From Candidatus Omnitrophota bacterium (lineage in GTDB: Bacteria; Omnitrophota; Gorgyraeia; B26-G9): a DNA stretch of 64,000 bases. The stretch's first letter is position 1; each line of letters starts with the position of its first letter. The stretch covers positions 1,280 through 65,279 of the forward strand of contig JAHITE010000123.1 of the NCBI GenBank assembly GCA_018817585.1, read 5' to 3'. The notes under the pieces were generated by a model. That model was not told where the DNA came from. It saw only the letters and a program-made list of their open reading frames with translations, and did not search any database. This document shows positions 1-10,315 of this stretch, piece by piece. Position numbers and translations under genes: made by a program.

Positions 1-241
1 TGCCAAAAACCGATATCTCGGCGCATTGGCGGTATTTTTCCACACTGAGCACAACATGTATATCAATAATGCTATTTAGATATTTCTCGAAACCCTCAAC
101 TTTTTTACTAACATATTCCTTTAACGCAGTGGTTATGTCAAAGTTGCGACTGCTGATTCTAAGTTCCACTATTAATCCTCCTTTTTTTAATAACAATGCA
201 GTAATAATATCACTATTTAGGACAAACGTCAAGGATGTCCT

Positions 242-970
242 CTACATAGCAAAACCTTCTCCCAGATATATCTTTTTAGCCTCGGGATTATTGATAAGTT
301 CCTGAGCTGTTCCAGACAAAAGTATTCTGCCTTCAGTCATAATATAACTTCGATCTGTAATGCTTAAAGTTTCCCGTACATTATGATCTGTTAACAATAT
401 GCCTAAACCTTTTTTCTTTAAATCAGCAATGATCTGCTGCACTTCGAATACAGCAATCGGATCAACTCCGCTAAACGGTTCATCCAAAAGAATAAACGAA
501 GGATTGGTAACCAGACAGCGGGTTATCTCCAGGCGGCGGCGTTCTCCGCCAGAAAGTGTATAAGCCTTGCTTTTTGCCAACTGAGTCATTCTCAGCTCTT
601 CCAGCAGCTGTTCCAATCGCTGCTTTCTTTCTTTTTTAGAAATTTTCAGGGTTTCCAGAACAGCCATTATATTTTCTTCAACAGTTAATTTACGAAAAAT
701 CGAAGGATCCTGGGCTAAATAACCAATACCGCAGCGCGCTCGTTTATACATAGCCATATGGGTGATTTCTTTATTATCAAAAAATATTTTGCCTTTATCC
801 GGAGTAATTAGTCCAACAACCATATAAAAAGTAGTTGTCTTGCCCGCGCCATTGGGGCCAAGCAAACCCACGACTTCCGCTCGATGAATATTTATACTTA
901 CCTGATTAACAATCTGTCTTTTTTTGTATGATTTACAGATTAATTCAGTTCTTAAAAGATGCTCTTCCAT
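242..970 (-). CDS. lptB: LPS export ABC transporter ATP-binding protein LptB
   Basis: Walker A GPNGAGKTT, ABC signature LSGGERRRLE, Walker B ILLDEP; about 240 aa; lies just downstream of kdsC as in lpt/kds clusters. Confidence 0.85.
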   Translation of the reverse strand: MEEHLLRTELICKSYKKRQIVNQVSINIHRAEVVGLLGPNGAGKTTTFYMVVGLITPDKGKIFFDNKEITHMAMYKRARCGIGYLAQDPSIFRKLTVEENIMAVLETLKISKKERKQRLEQLLEELRMTQLAKSKAYTLSGGERRRLEITRCLVTNPSFILLDEPFSGVDPIAVFEVQQIIADLKKKGLGILLTDHNVRETLSITDRSYIMTEGRILLSGTAQELINNPEAKKIYLGEGFAM

Positions 971-984
971 GATCTCAATTCCTA

Positions 985-1500
985 TTATGAATACTTTTTA
1001 ACTAAATCATCCCATTTATTCTGAGCTTTGAGAATAAACTCAATTGCTTCTCTGACCGCTCCATATCCCGCGTCTTTAGCGGTAACATAATCAACACAAT
1101 GCTGAATATCATCACAAGCCTGCGGTACTGTCACGGCAAATCCCGCGACATTCAACACCGCCAAATCAAGCAGATCATCACCAATATAACACGCTTGCTC
1201 AGATTTTAGCTTATATTTTTTAAGAATTTTATTAAAAACGATTAATTTCTTATCGGTTTTCTGACAAACCATATTAATCTTTAATTCTTTGGCTCTTCTT
1301 TGCACAGCTTTAGAAGTTTTGCTGGTAATAATCGCTGATTTAATTCCCGCTTTGGACAAAAGAACAAAACCAAATCCGTCCTGCACATGAAATCTCCGAT
1401 AATCATCGTTATAATTACCATAGCCAATAGTGCCGTCGGTAAGAACGCCGTCAACATCGACAATTACGATTTTTATTTTTTTTGCTTTTTTTGTTTTCAT
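985..1500 (-). CDS. kdsC: KDO 8-phosphate phosphatase (HAD family)
   Basis: HAD motif I VDVDGVLTDG; about 170 aa; sits between kdsD and lptB. Confidence 0.85.
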   Translation of the reverse strand: MKTKKAKKIKIVIVDVDGVLTDGTIGYGNYNDDYRRFHVQDGFGFVLLSKAGIKSAIITSKTSKAVQRRAKELKINMVCQKTDKKLIVFNKILKKYKLKSEQACYIGDDLLDLAVLNVAGFAVTVPQACDDIQHCVDYVTAKDAGYGAVREAIEFILKAQNKWDDLVKKYS

Positions 1501-2465
1501 ACTACCCCGGCTTTAAGTAAGTCCTGAACATCCAGCAGCCCCACCGGATGTTTATTTTCATCAACAACCGGGATTTCATCAATTTTCTTTTCTTTAAAAG
1601 TTTTCAGAGCTTCCGCGGCAAGTTTATTTTTAAAAATAGTTGTCGGATTTTTAGTCATCACTTTCGATACAGGACAAGCCAGAATGTCAGATTCGGTTTC
1701 AATATGTCTTCTTAAATCGCCGTCAGTAAAAATCCCCACGACTTTTTTATTTTTATCAATAATTGTCGCGCAGCCTGCCCGCGATTTCGTAATCTGCAAT
1801 AAAACAGTTTTCACTTTATCTGACTGGAGAACAATTGGATTTTGCGCGCCTTTGCGCATCAGATCTTTTACTGTTAACAGTTTTTTGCCCAGACTTCCGC
1901 CAGGATGATAAAAAGCATAATCCTCGATTTTAAAACCTTTTTTTTCCAAAACCGCCACAGCTAAAGCATCGCCCATAGCTAAAGTAGCGGTAGTACTGGC
2001 AGTCGGCGCGAGATTAAACGGACAAGCTTCTTTTTTAACCCCCACATTCAAAACAACATCACTATATTCGGCAAGCACTGATTTCATATTTCCGGTAAAA
2101 CCAATTAACCGCACTCCGATCTTTTTAATAATCGGCAGCAATTTTGTCATTTCCTCGGTTTGGCCGCTATTGGATATGGCAATCACAATATCATCTTTTG
2201 TCACCCTGCCCAGATCGCCATGCACTGCTTCTCCAGGATGCAAAAACAAACTGGGAATCCCCAGGCTGGCCATGGTTGCTGATATTTTAATACCAATCAG
2301 TCCCGGTTTACCCATGCCGGTAATTACAACTCTACCCTTGCAATCAGCAATTAAATTTACAGCCTGATCAAAATTCTTATTAATTCTAGGGATTAAATCA
2401 ATTATCGCTTTTGCTTCAATTCTTAAAACTTGCCGAGCGATTTTTTGAAACATTGTATCAGACAT
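1497..2465 (-). CDS. kdsD: arabinose-5-phosphate isomerase (SIS domain plus tandem CBS)
   Basis: SIS domain (VVITGMGKPGLIGIKISATMASLG) followed by a CBS pair; about 320 aa; overlaps kdsA and kdsC by a few nt, consistent with an operon. Confidence 0.85.
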   Translation of the reverse strand: MSDTMFQKIARQVLRIEAKAIIDLIPRINKNFDQAVNLIADCKGRVVITGMGKPGLIGIKISATMASLGIPSLFLHPGEAVHGDLGRVTKDDIVIAISNSGQTEEMTKLLPIIKKIGVRLIGFTGNMKSVLAEYSDVVLNVGVKKEACPFNLAPTASTTATLAMGDALAVAVLEKKGFKIEDYAFYHPGGSLGKKLLTVKDLMRKGAQNPIVLQSDKVKTVLLQITKSRAGCATIIDKNKKVVGIFTDGDLRRHIETESDILACPVSKVMTKNPTTIFKNKLAAEALKTFKEKKIDEIPVVDENKHPVGLLDVQDLLKAGVV

Positions 2466-3318
2466 TTACAATCTCCCATATTTTTTTCGCCTTTATCAAT
2501 AATTTTTCCAGGTTTTTTACTGCCAGCATATTTGGACCATCACACTTGGCCTTATCCGGATTAACATGCACCTCCAGAAAAAGCGCGTTTGCTCCAGCGG
2601 CTATAGAACTAAGCGATAATGTTTCCACAAATTCCCGCTGCCCCAATGATTTCCCTTTACCAGCTCCTGGCAGCTGCACACTGTGAGTGGCGTCAAAAAC
2701 AACCGGATAACCAAATCTACGCATGATTGGCATTGAACGCATATCACTGACCAGATTATTATAACCAAAAGTATTGCCCCGCTCAGTAATAATAATCTTG
2801 CAATTACCCCTGCTTTTAATTTTATTCGCGGCATTTTCCATGTCTTGAGGCGCCATAAACTGCCCTTTTTTAACATTAACTATTTTTTGCGATTTAGCCG
2901 CGGCCACTAAGATATCAGTCTGGCGGGAAAGTAATGCTGGAATCTGAATAACATCAACCACTTGTTTGGCCTGAGCAACCTCAGCCGCATTATGAATATC
3001 AGTGATCACCGAAACTTTTATTTGTTGTTTGACTTTTTTAAGAATCTCGAGTCCGGATTTTATTCCCGGGCCGCGATAAGATTGCACTGAAGTCCGATTG
3101 GCCTTATCATAACTAGCTTTAAAAATAAAGGGAATCTCCAGTTTTGCGCACATGGTTTTCAATAAATCCGCGTGTTCTAAAGCCATTTTTTCAGATTCAA
3201 TAACACACGGTCCGGCAATAAGAAAAAAAGGGTACTTATTCTTTTTTTTGTTTGATTTAAAATCAAACATCGTTTCTGGAAATTTTTTCATATACTCTGA
3301 GTTTATCCTAAAGTACAA
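2458..3318 (-). CDS. kdsA: 3-deoxy-8-phosphooctulonate synthase
   Basis: FFLIAGPCVIESE at the N-terminus, DAHP/KDO8P synthase family, about 280 aa. The true start is probably an internal Met downstream of the annotated one. Confidence 0.85.
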   Translation of the reverse strand: MYFRINSEYMKKFPETMFDFKSNKKKNKYPFFLIAGPCVIESEKMALEHADLLKTMCAKLEIPFIFKASYDKANRTSVQSYRGPGIKSGLEILKKVKQQIKVSVITDIHNAAEVAQAKQVVDVIQIPALLSRQTDILVAAAKSQKIVNVKKGQFMAPQDMENAANKIKSRGNCKIIITERGNTFGYNNLVSDMRSMPIMRRFGYPVVFDATHSVQLPGAGKGKSLGQREFVETLSLSSIAAGANALFLEVHVNPDKAKCDGPNMLAVKNLEKLLIKAKKIWEIVNV

Positions 3319-3467
3319 AAAATTAAAAATTAAGTAATCTACGGAAAGATATTTCCCTTTGAATTAACGCGGAACAACAGCATTATGTTTATTAAATAAC
3401 TACTATAGTTTACAGCATAAGACTGATTAATTCAAGAAAAAACTGACAAACAAATATAAGAGAAACC

Positions 3468-3508
3468 TCCTGCTTTTAAAAAGCAGGAGGTTTCTCTTAT
3501 TCAATTAT
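3468..3508 (-). terminator. long perfect hairpin downstream of the giant YD-repeat gene (rho-independent terminator)
   Basis: AAGAGAAACCTCCTGCTTTT-AAAA-AGCAGGAGGTTTCTCTT is an approximately 18-bp perfect stem, with T-rich sequence following on the minus strand. Confidence 0.6.
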
Positions 3509-3538
3509 AACCCTTAGAATTAAAGTACATTACATCTA

Positions 3539-5962
3539 TTAACCATTTGATGTTGTTCTAGTCAAGAATCCATTAGGATCATAGTAGAAAATTCCTGACA
3601 AAACACCTTGAGCATTGTAGGAGAAATTCTGTCTTCCACTAACATCAAAGGTAACTGAAGAAGTGATTGCACCTTCATTGTAGTTAACAGATTTCAACAT
3701 AAATCCATTCTTATCATAAGAATACTTAGATTGTAATGCGCCCTGAATAAATGAACCGTCAGCTTGTTTGGTCATTAAATATGATTCTGTCTGTTGTCCA
3801 TACTTGTTAAAGTATGTTCTGGTTGTCTCAGAAGTCCAAGTACCAGAAGGAATCGGGTCACCCTGATCATTATATGCCTTCATCACGGCAAAGCTGGTTG
3901 TATAGTGTAAGAATCCTTGAGCAGAGTAGGTATACTGCTGAACAAGCGCGGAATTTCCTTCTGGCGTATGATTCCATACCTGATTAGGTCTGGAATAAAC
4001 ATCATAAGTAATATGACTGACCAAGCTGCCTTCTCGCCCATAACTATTGGTCTGGTCTATGCCGCCATAGATATTATAGATGTTTTCCTGGTTCTTAAAT
4101 CCGCCGCCTTCAGCAATAGAACCATCAGCATTCACAGAATAATTAGCTACAGCATTCGCATTATAGTCAGCTCCTTGCGGATCAGTACTTTGCGCGTACT
4201 GATAGCCATCTTTAGTACTAACCCCGGTAAACAGCTGATAAGTAGCAGTTGCTTTTGAGTAAACATCAAAGGTTGTATATGAAGTTTGCACACCATTATT
4301 ATAGTTTACTGTCTGAGCTAATTGACCTCTATCATTATAGTAGTATTGGGTTGTTGTTACTCCTTTGAAGTTCTGAGACTCGGTTGGTCTACCGGTATTA
4401 TCATATATCAGGGATCCAGTAACAGCTTTATCTTCACCATAGTTAGTGGTTTTAGCAATAAAACCGTTTGAAGTATAGTAATTTTTCGATGTCTGAACCC
4501 CAACCTGATTATAGGTTGTTTCCGGACGTCCGTATTTATTATATACGCTGGTTCCTGTGTATACAGAAACATCATCAGAGGTATCAGTTGCCGTACCATT
4601 TGTATTCATTGAATACATTACCGCGCCGGTAACAAACCCAGTATTCGATGATCCAGAGAATTCAGATTTCCCATCCCATTCTGTACTATAAACAAATACC
4701 TGAGACACTGATGCGACTCCATTGTAAACAGAATAAGATGATACTGGTCTGCTCTTGCTGTCATATTCAGTATATCCAACTACCTGATAATAACCATGCT
4801 CAGTAACTCCCGCGGCATTAGTTACATCAACTGCCCATTGGCCAGTAGCAGCAGCATCTTCCTGAAACGCGAGATTTGTGGATTTAATCATAAATCCTGC
4901 GTCATTATACTCAAAACTGCTTACTACATAACCTTCAGCATTATTGGTATGAGTTTGTTTTCCATAATCATTATAATAGGTTGTTCCAGTTACCGGACCT
5001 TTAGCTTCAGTGCCTGGATCACCATATGATGTACTGCTTGCCAGAAAACCATTATCATTATACTGAAAATCCTGAACAATCGCGTTTCTTTCATTATAAG
5101 CTGCTACTGGTCTGCCGTATTCATTAAAAACGGTTTTACCTGTATAGCTATTGTTAATCCCATAATTGTTTGTTTGGCTCATGAATCCAGCACGAGAATA
5201 TACAAATGCCGTTGTCTTTTCACCAAGTTCATTAAAGGATTTTTCCTGCTGACCATATTTATTAAATGTTGTGTATCCAGAAACCTCATTATTATCTCCA
5301 TAACTAACCGTCGCTGTTAAAAATCCAGTATTAGCTGCCTGACCAACTAGTCCAAGAGTACTTGTTTCACTGGAAGCATCTGTATTGTATATAAAATCCT
5401 GGACTTTTGTAGCTGTTCCTGATTCAGAAACAGTATAAGAACCAACTGGTCTACCCGCGCCATTATATTCTGTATATCCAGTTAAAACTTCATTATTACC
5501 ATAACTGTTTGCCTGAGTCATAAAGCCTTGCGTATCATACGCGTAATCAGCTACTTTTGCTCCGACTTCATTAGTCTGGTTAACAGCCTTACCATAAGCA
5601 TCATAAGTTGTTATTCCGGTTAAAGTCGGTGCCATTGCTCCATTCTGAAGACTTGGTTCACCATAAGTATTGCTTGATTCCATAGATCCGGTAAACGCGT
5701 TATAATTAAAATTCTGGACTAATGTTCTCCGATTATTATAACTTTCTTCCGGACGGCCAAGATCATTAAAAACAGTACTACCTGTGCTAGCATTATCTAG
5801 TCCGTAATTGTACGCTACATCCATGAAACCTTGACTTGAATAACGATACTTTGTTGTTGTTTCCCCAAATTCATTTTTAGAAATAAGCTGTCTTCCATAT
5901 TTGTCAAATTCTGTGCTTCCGGTAACAACTCCATCTTTTCCATAGTTACTTGTGCTAGTCAA
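3539..5962 (-). pseudogene. C-terminal 807-codon continuation of the giant YD/Rhs-like repeat protein; same frame as 6038..10315, separated only by one TAA
   Basis: The roughly 40-aa repeat (YxYNxxGFLxxTxxYGxxxxVTGxTxFDxYGRPxxxYN) runs straight across the stop. No ATG and no RBS: the ORF track begins it on a TTG. Frame phase matches (5962 and 10315 are both 1 mod 3). Confidence 0.6.
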
Positions 5963-6037
5963 GAATCCCTGTTGATAGACATATGTCTGGATAAGCGCTC
6001 CTTGACCTTCCCCTTGAGTATCCCAATAACACTGATA

Positions 6038-9000
6038 TTACTCTATCGGACGAGAATTATCATTAAACAAGGTATATCCGGTTACAGCATAAAAACCGCG
6101 CTGACTATCGCCGTTTGTCGAATCAGAAAGATCATTCAGATTATTATGAACAGCATTAACTGCCACTGAATCAGCTGCATAGCCTATCTCAGCAGTTGAA
6201 TCGGTTGTAGTATCTGCGACAAATGCCAATGATGTTGTTTTGGTCATAAATCCCTGAGAGTCGTATTCATAAGCAGATACAGTAATCCCCATATCATTTT
6301 CGCCTCTTAGCGCTTTACCATAACCATCGTATATTGTCTTTCCAGTCTTAGCCTGATTTTCCCCATAACTGGTACTTGCCTCTAAGAATCCGTATTGATT
6401 ATACTCAAATGTCTGAGTTAATCCCTTTAAACCAGTACCGCTTGAGGCCATATTAAAAGCTTCAGTCGGCCTGCCCATTTTATTAAACACGGTTTTTCCA
6501 GTATACGCGCCCTGCAGCCCATAGTTATTTGTCTGTTTAAGGAAACCTTGATTTGAATACACATATTTGGAGACAACAGCGTTGTCTTCATTATAAGTGA
6601 CGTTTTGTCTGCCATAATCATCAAATATTGTTTTTCCATTATCCACACCATTACGACCAAAGTTATTAGTCTGAACCATGAACCCATCTTTGTATACATA
6701 TTCCTGAACTTTTGCCGACTGCTGTCCGTTAACGCCGTCATTATAAACAGAATATGTAGCAACTGGTTTGGACTTTTCATTAAATTCCGTGTACCCAGTC
6801 AGAATAGTATTTACTGTAGACACTCCATCAACAGTAGTAACCATAATGTTACCATTTTCGTCTGTTTGCGCGCCATAGGACTCAGACTTTGTCATAAAAC
6901 CACGTTCATTATAGGCATATTGCTGAATTGTTACACCTTCCGCATTATCTACAGAAGTAGCTTTGCCATATTTATCATATTCAGTTTTACCTGTATATGT
7001 TGGCATATATTTAGCAGTTGCTGAAGTTGTTGATTTAGCAAACGCAATTAAATCTGTTCTATCAACATCACCATCTGAATCATAATCAAAACTAGCAACA
7101 TAATTAGCATCACCGGTAACTGATTTATAAGCAGCGCTAAAAGCAGTTGAACCGCTAAAAGAATCCTCAAACAAAGCCTGATCAGTCGCGTCAACAGCTC
7201 CGTCATCATTAAAATCAAAATCAGTAGAATAAGTTCTATCTCCTCTGACTGATCCAAGGGCCTCACTAAATTTATCCAATTTAGCAAGATCTACTACTGT
7301 TGCCTCGCCCCAAGTCATACTTGATTCAAGAAAACCATCATCGCCATAAACAAATGTTTGAGTTACCCCTTTTAAGTATGGCTGCCAAGCTGGATTATCC
7401 AGATCAGCTGAAGTTAATCCTTCGGAAAGAGCTGAAACAAGATCATCAGGAAGAGCAACTGCTTTAGAACCATAATTATTAAACGCGGCAACTGGTCTTG
7501 AAAAATTATCAAAAACAGTAAACCCGGTAACTCTTTTATTCGCTCCATAAGAAACTGTACTCGAAAGGAATCCGCCTGCAGAATAGTTATATTTTTGAAC
7601 TACTTGATCTGTTTCCCCAAGCGCTTCATCTCCTTTATTATAAGATTCGTTTTGTCGTCCATAGCTATCAAAAGTAGTATATCCAGTAACCGCCTGTTGA
7701 TCTTTATTCTCGCCACTAGTAGCAATTACGCCATCTCCATTTGAATCATAAAAATCACCAAAGGTTGTTGTTTTCTGAACAAAATTTGAATAATTTGTTG
7801 ATGTAACATTCACATAAATTGCTCTGCCATTGGCATCCACTTCACCAGTAGCTTGTTTTTCTGTTTTTTCATAAGAATATGAGAATCCCTGGGTTTTTGC
7901 GGTCTGAATACCCAAACTTGCCCCATTATCATCAAATCCCTCATACATTGAGTAAGAAGCCATTGGTTTGCCATCTCCGCCAAAAACAGTATAGCCTGTT
8001 ACTGTAGGAAGATTAACTGTTGGCAGATCCAGATCCCCAACAGGACGATCCGCGGAATTAGAAAGCTGCGCAACAGACCAATCAGTTACGTTTTCTACTG
8101 CTGTTCCCGCTGCATTCCAAGCCTGCGCTCCGCCAAATTCAGAAACCTGAACTTTATAAGCAGAAATAGCCGCACTGGAGTTTCCGTCTTGTTCTAAAGA
8201 CTGACCAAGCATATGATACGCAGTACCAACACTGTTGATTAAATATTCATTACCGCCTTTTGCTCCGTCACTAAACCACATAATTATTGTTAACGCGACC
8301 TTTTTAGTTAATTCAGCATCTCCTGAATTCCAAGCATTCCACATTGCGGACACAAAAGCACTGTCACTGAGATTTCCACCAGTAGCAGCAATAGCTTCTC
8401 CTGTATATGCCGGATCCCACAATGCTAAAATTGCTTCCTGATCAGCCATGGTTGAGGCAATAGATTCATTGACCCCTTCTGCCGCACTCATGGTAAAGCT
8501 TTGAACAAGCATCCCGCATTCATCATATACATATTTTTGCACTAAGCTTCCAGTGTGATTATAAACATCTGTTGGCTTACCCTTATCATTATATAATGTG
8601 GAACCGGTTGTAACTCCGTTTTCTCCGAGATTCTTTGTTTCGGTTAAGAATCCGTCCGCATTATAAATAAACAATTGGCTTCCTGAGCCTTGAGCATTGC
8701 TAGCAGTAGTTGGTCGGCTTAAACGATCAAATGTTGTCGTACCAGTAGTTTTACCACCAAAACCATAACTAACTGTTTGCGCAAGAAAACCATTGCTGTT
8801 ATATTTATACTCCTGTTGTTTTTCCATCACAGGATTACTGTCCGCATCCACAACAATATTACCCAAATCATCACGCACCAAAGCATAAACAGCTTCTGGT
8901 CTGCCTTTTTTGTCATATTCAGTTTTAGAAGTTGTAATGTACTGAAAATTACCACTTGCGTCTAAAACTGCCTCGCCATAAGCTACATCATTTTCATCAG

Positions 9001-10315
9001 TATTTCTAATAATACCCAGCGAATATGTGCTCTCTAATGTCCCGTTTGCTTTATACGCGTATTCCTGAATTTTTACTTTATTCCCGCCATCACCTAACTG
9101 CCAAACCTCATCCGGACGGCCTTGCCCGTCAAAAAGCGTCATCGAAGTTCTTGCCTGAGAGCCCAAAGAATTGATCGCGCCCAAAGAAAATGTCTGCTGT
9201 AAAAAGCCATGCTCATTATATTGATATTCCTGAACTTTGACTCCAACATGATTATATGTTCCGGAAACCTGTCCATACTCATTATAATCGGTCCAGCCAG
9301 TAACAATACCTTCTTCTCCTAAATTAGTAATTGAAGTGATATTATTCGCGGCGTCATAATTATAAGCACCGATTGGCACCAAATGATCAACTACTGTTTC
9401 CCCGGTTAAAGGATCAATAACTTCATTACCATCAGCATCAACTTGATTAACAACATCAAAAATAGTGGTATAATATCCATTAACCACTTCCGTGATTTGA
9501 TTTGAAATCACATCAGTAACTGAAACCAAGATCTCATTAGAATCATACTGAAATGTTTTAGTAATTGTACCCTCAAGATTTGTTACATAGGAAGGACGAA
9601 TACCGTCTTGTTCAAAATGAGTTGTATTCCCGTTCTGATCAATAAATGTTTCCAATATTCCTTTTGAATTATAAGTATAGTCCCCAACCTGCACAGCAGT
9701 TCCGTCCATATTTGTATACATAATATAATCAGGACGCTGATTAGAGTCGTATATTGTTTTATTTCCCCATTGATCAGTAGAGCTTACCATTATTTCAACG
9801 CCATTTTTATCCAAACCATATTCATACGTAATTAAACCTTGTGCTGACGTGGATAATAACTGGCCATATTGGCTATATTGTCTTGTTTCAACAAGCGCGC
9901 CATTTTCATTATAAAGCTTAACAGTCGCGCCATCAAGTTCATACTTATAAGTTAAACTTTCACCGGTTTCGTCATTTTTAACTTTAATAGTTGCTCCGTT
10001 TAAAGTATAACTAACCTCAGTATAACCTTCCGCGGTTTTACTTACCTGAGCCGAAGCCCCTTCTCCCGAGTAAATATAAAGATCACCATTGGAAGTGGTA
10101 ATTACCTTTGGGGGAGGCGCTACTTGCTGATTCAGATCAGCTGATTCACTTTGGTCTGCAACCTGACCGCCAAATACCCCTTGAATTACTTCCTGGGACA
10201 TTAGCATGTCTTCCATTGCAGTTATATCAAAAGCAAACGCGAGATTCATGGTTGTCACATTAACAATAAAACAAACAAGCACTAAATAACTATAAAAACG
10301 AATATATTTGTTCAT
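6038..10315 (-). CDS. giant secreted YD/Rhs-like repeat protein, N-terminal 1425 codons (signal peptide, YD-like repeats, non-repeat insert, dockerin-like Ca-binding module)
   Basis: N-terminal signal peptide MNKYIRFYSYLVLVCFIVNVTTMNLAFA; dozens of degenerate YD-type repeats; AGGAGA RBS ahead of the ATG; ends at TAA 6038-6040 in mid-repeat. Confidence 0.75.
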   Translation of the reverse strand: MNKYIRFYSYLVLVCFIVNVTTMNLAFAFDITAMEDMLMSQEVIQGVFGGQVADQSESADLNQQVAPPPKVITTSNGDLYIYSGEGASAQVSKTAEGYTEVSYTLNGATIKVKNDETGESLTYKYELDGATVKLYNENGALVETRQYSQYGQLLSTSAQGLITYEYGLDKNGVEIMVSSTDQWGNKTIYDSNQRPDYIMYTNMDGTAVQVGDYTYNSKGILETFIDQNGNTTHFEQDGIRPSYVTNLEGTITKTFQYDSNEILVSVTDVISNQITEVVNGYYTTIFDVVNQVDADGNEVIDPLTGETVVDHLVPIGAYNYDAANNITSITNLGEEGIVTGWTDYNEYGQVSGTYNHVGVKVQEYQYNEHGFLQQTFSLGAINSLGSQARTSMTLFDGQGRPDEVWQLGDGGNKVKIQEYAYKANGTLESTYSLGIIRNTDENDVAYGEAVLDASGNFQYITTSKTEYDKKGRPEAVYALVRDDLGNIVVDADSNPVMEKQQEYKYNSNGFLAQTVSYGFGGKTTGTTTFDRLSRPTTASNAQGSGSQLFIYNADGFLTETKNLGENGVTTGSTLYNDKGKPTDVYNHTGSLVQKYVYDECGMLVQSFTMSAAEGVNESIASTMADQEAILALWDPAYTGEAIAATGGNLSDSAFVSAMWNAWNSGDAELTKKVALTIIMWFSDGAKGGNEYLINSVGTAYHMLGQSLEQDGNSSAAISAYKVQVSEFGGAQAWNAAGTAVENVTDWSVAQLSNSADRPVGDLDLPTVNLPTVTGYTVFGGDGKPMASYSMYEGFDDNGASLGIQTAKTQGFSYSYEKTEKQATGEVDANGRAIYVNVTSTNYSNFVQKTTTFGDFYDSNGDGVIATSGENKDQQAVTGYTTFDSYGRQNESYNKGDEALGETDQVVQKYNYSAGGFLSSTVSYGANKRVTGFTVFDNFSRPVAAFNNYGSKAVALPDDLVSALSEGLTSADLDNPAWQPYLKGVTQTFVYGDDGFLESSMTWGEATVVDLAKLDKFSEALGSVRGDRTYSTDFDFNDDGAVDATDQALFEDSFSGSTAFSAAYKSVTGDANYVASFDYDSDGDVDRTDLIAFAKSTTSATAKYMPTYTGKTEYDKYGKATSVDNAEGVTIQQYAYNERGFMTKSESYGAQTDENGNIMVTTVDGVSTVNTILTGYTEFNEKSKPVATYSVYNDGVNGQQSAKVQEYVYKDGFMVQTNNFGRNGVDNGKTIFDDYGRQNVTYNEDNAVVSKYVYSNQGFLKQTNNYGLQGAYTGKTVFNKMGRPTEAFNMASSGTGLKGLTQTFEYNQYGFLEASTSYGENQAKTGKTIYDGYGKALRGENDMGITVSAYEYDSQGFMTKTTSLAFVADTTTDSTAEIGYAADSVAVNAVHNNLNDLSDSTNGDSQRGFYAVTGYTLFNDNSRPIE
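7045..7225 (-). other. dockerin-like / EF-hand pair Ca-binding module inside the YD-repeat protein
   Basis: Two 12-residue loops, DFNDDGAVDATD and DYDSDGDVDRTD, each followed by a hydrophobic helix (QALF / LIAF): the classic dockerin duplicated-loop pattern. Confidence 0.5.

Noticed and set aside
69-305. Plus-strand 78-aa ORF at the left edge
   Set aside because: Overlaps the lptB 3' end antisense, has no domain and no RBS. Positions 1-241 are more likely 3' UTR or the tail of a further minus-strand gene cut by the window.
1281-1463. Numerous 60-160-aa ORFs on the strand opposite to, or nested inside, well-supported genes (for example 1281..1463, 3917..4258, 6427..6780, 6605..7024, 11827..12309, 13104..13490, 15596..16166, 28869..29195, 29808..30260, 37886..38308, 44820..45185, 59689..60141)
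   Set aside because: They lie entirely within long conserved genes on the other strand or frame, have low-complexity or hydrophobic junk translations, and lack RBS or start context. Typical shadow ORFs of an AT-rich genome.
6038-6040. Possibility that the in-frame TAA reflects an alternative genetic code (stop reassignment)
   Set aside because: Every other long gene in 64 kb is uninterrupted under the standard code and many terminate with TAA. A single internal stop argues for a nonsense mutation or error (or local readthrough), not a reassigned code.
3539-10315. Calling the giant repeat protein a classical Rhs toxin
   Set aside because: It has YD-like repeats but no Rhs core terminus (PxxxxDPxGL) or C-terminal toxin. 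The only DPxGL tip in the window is the orphan cassette 50 kb away at 62392-63120.
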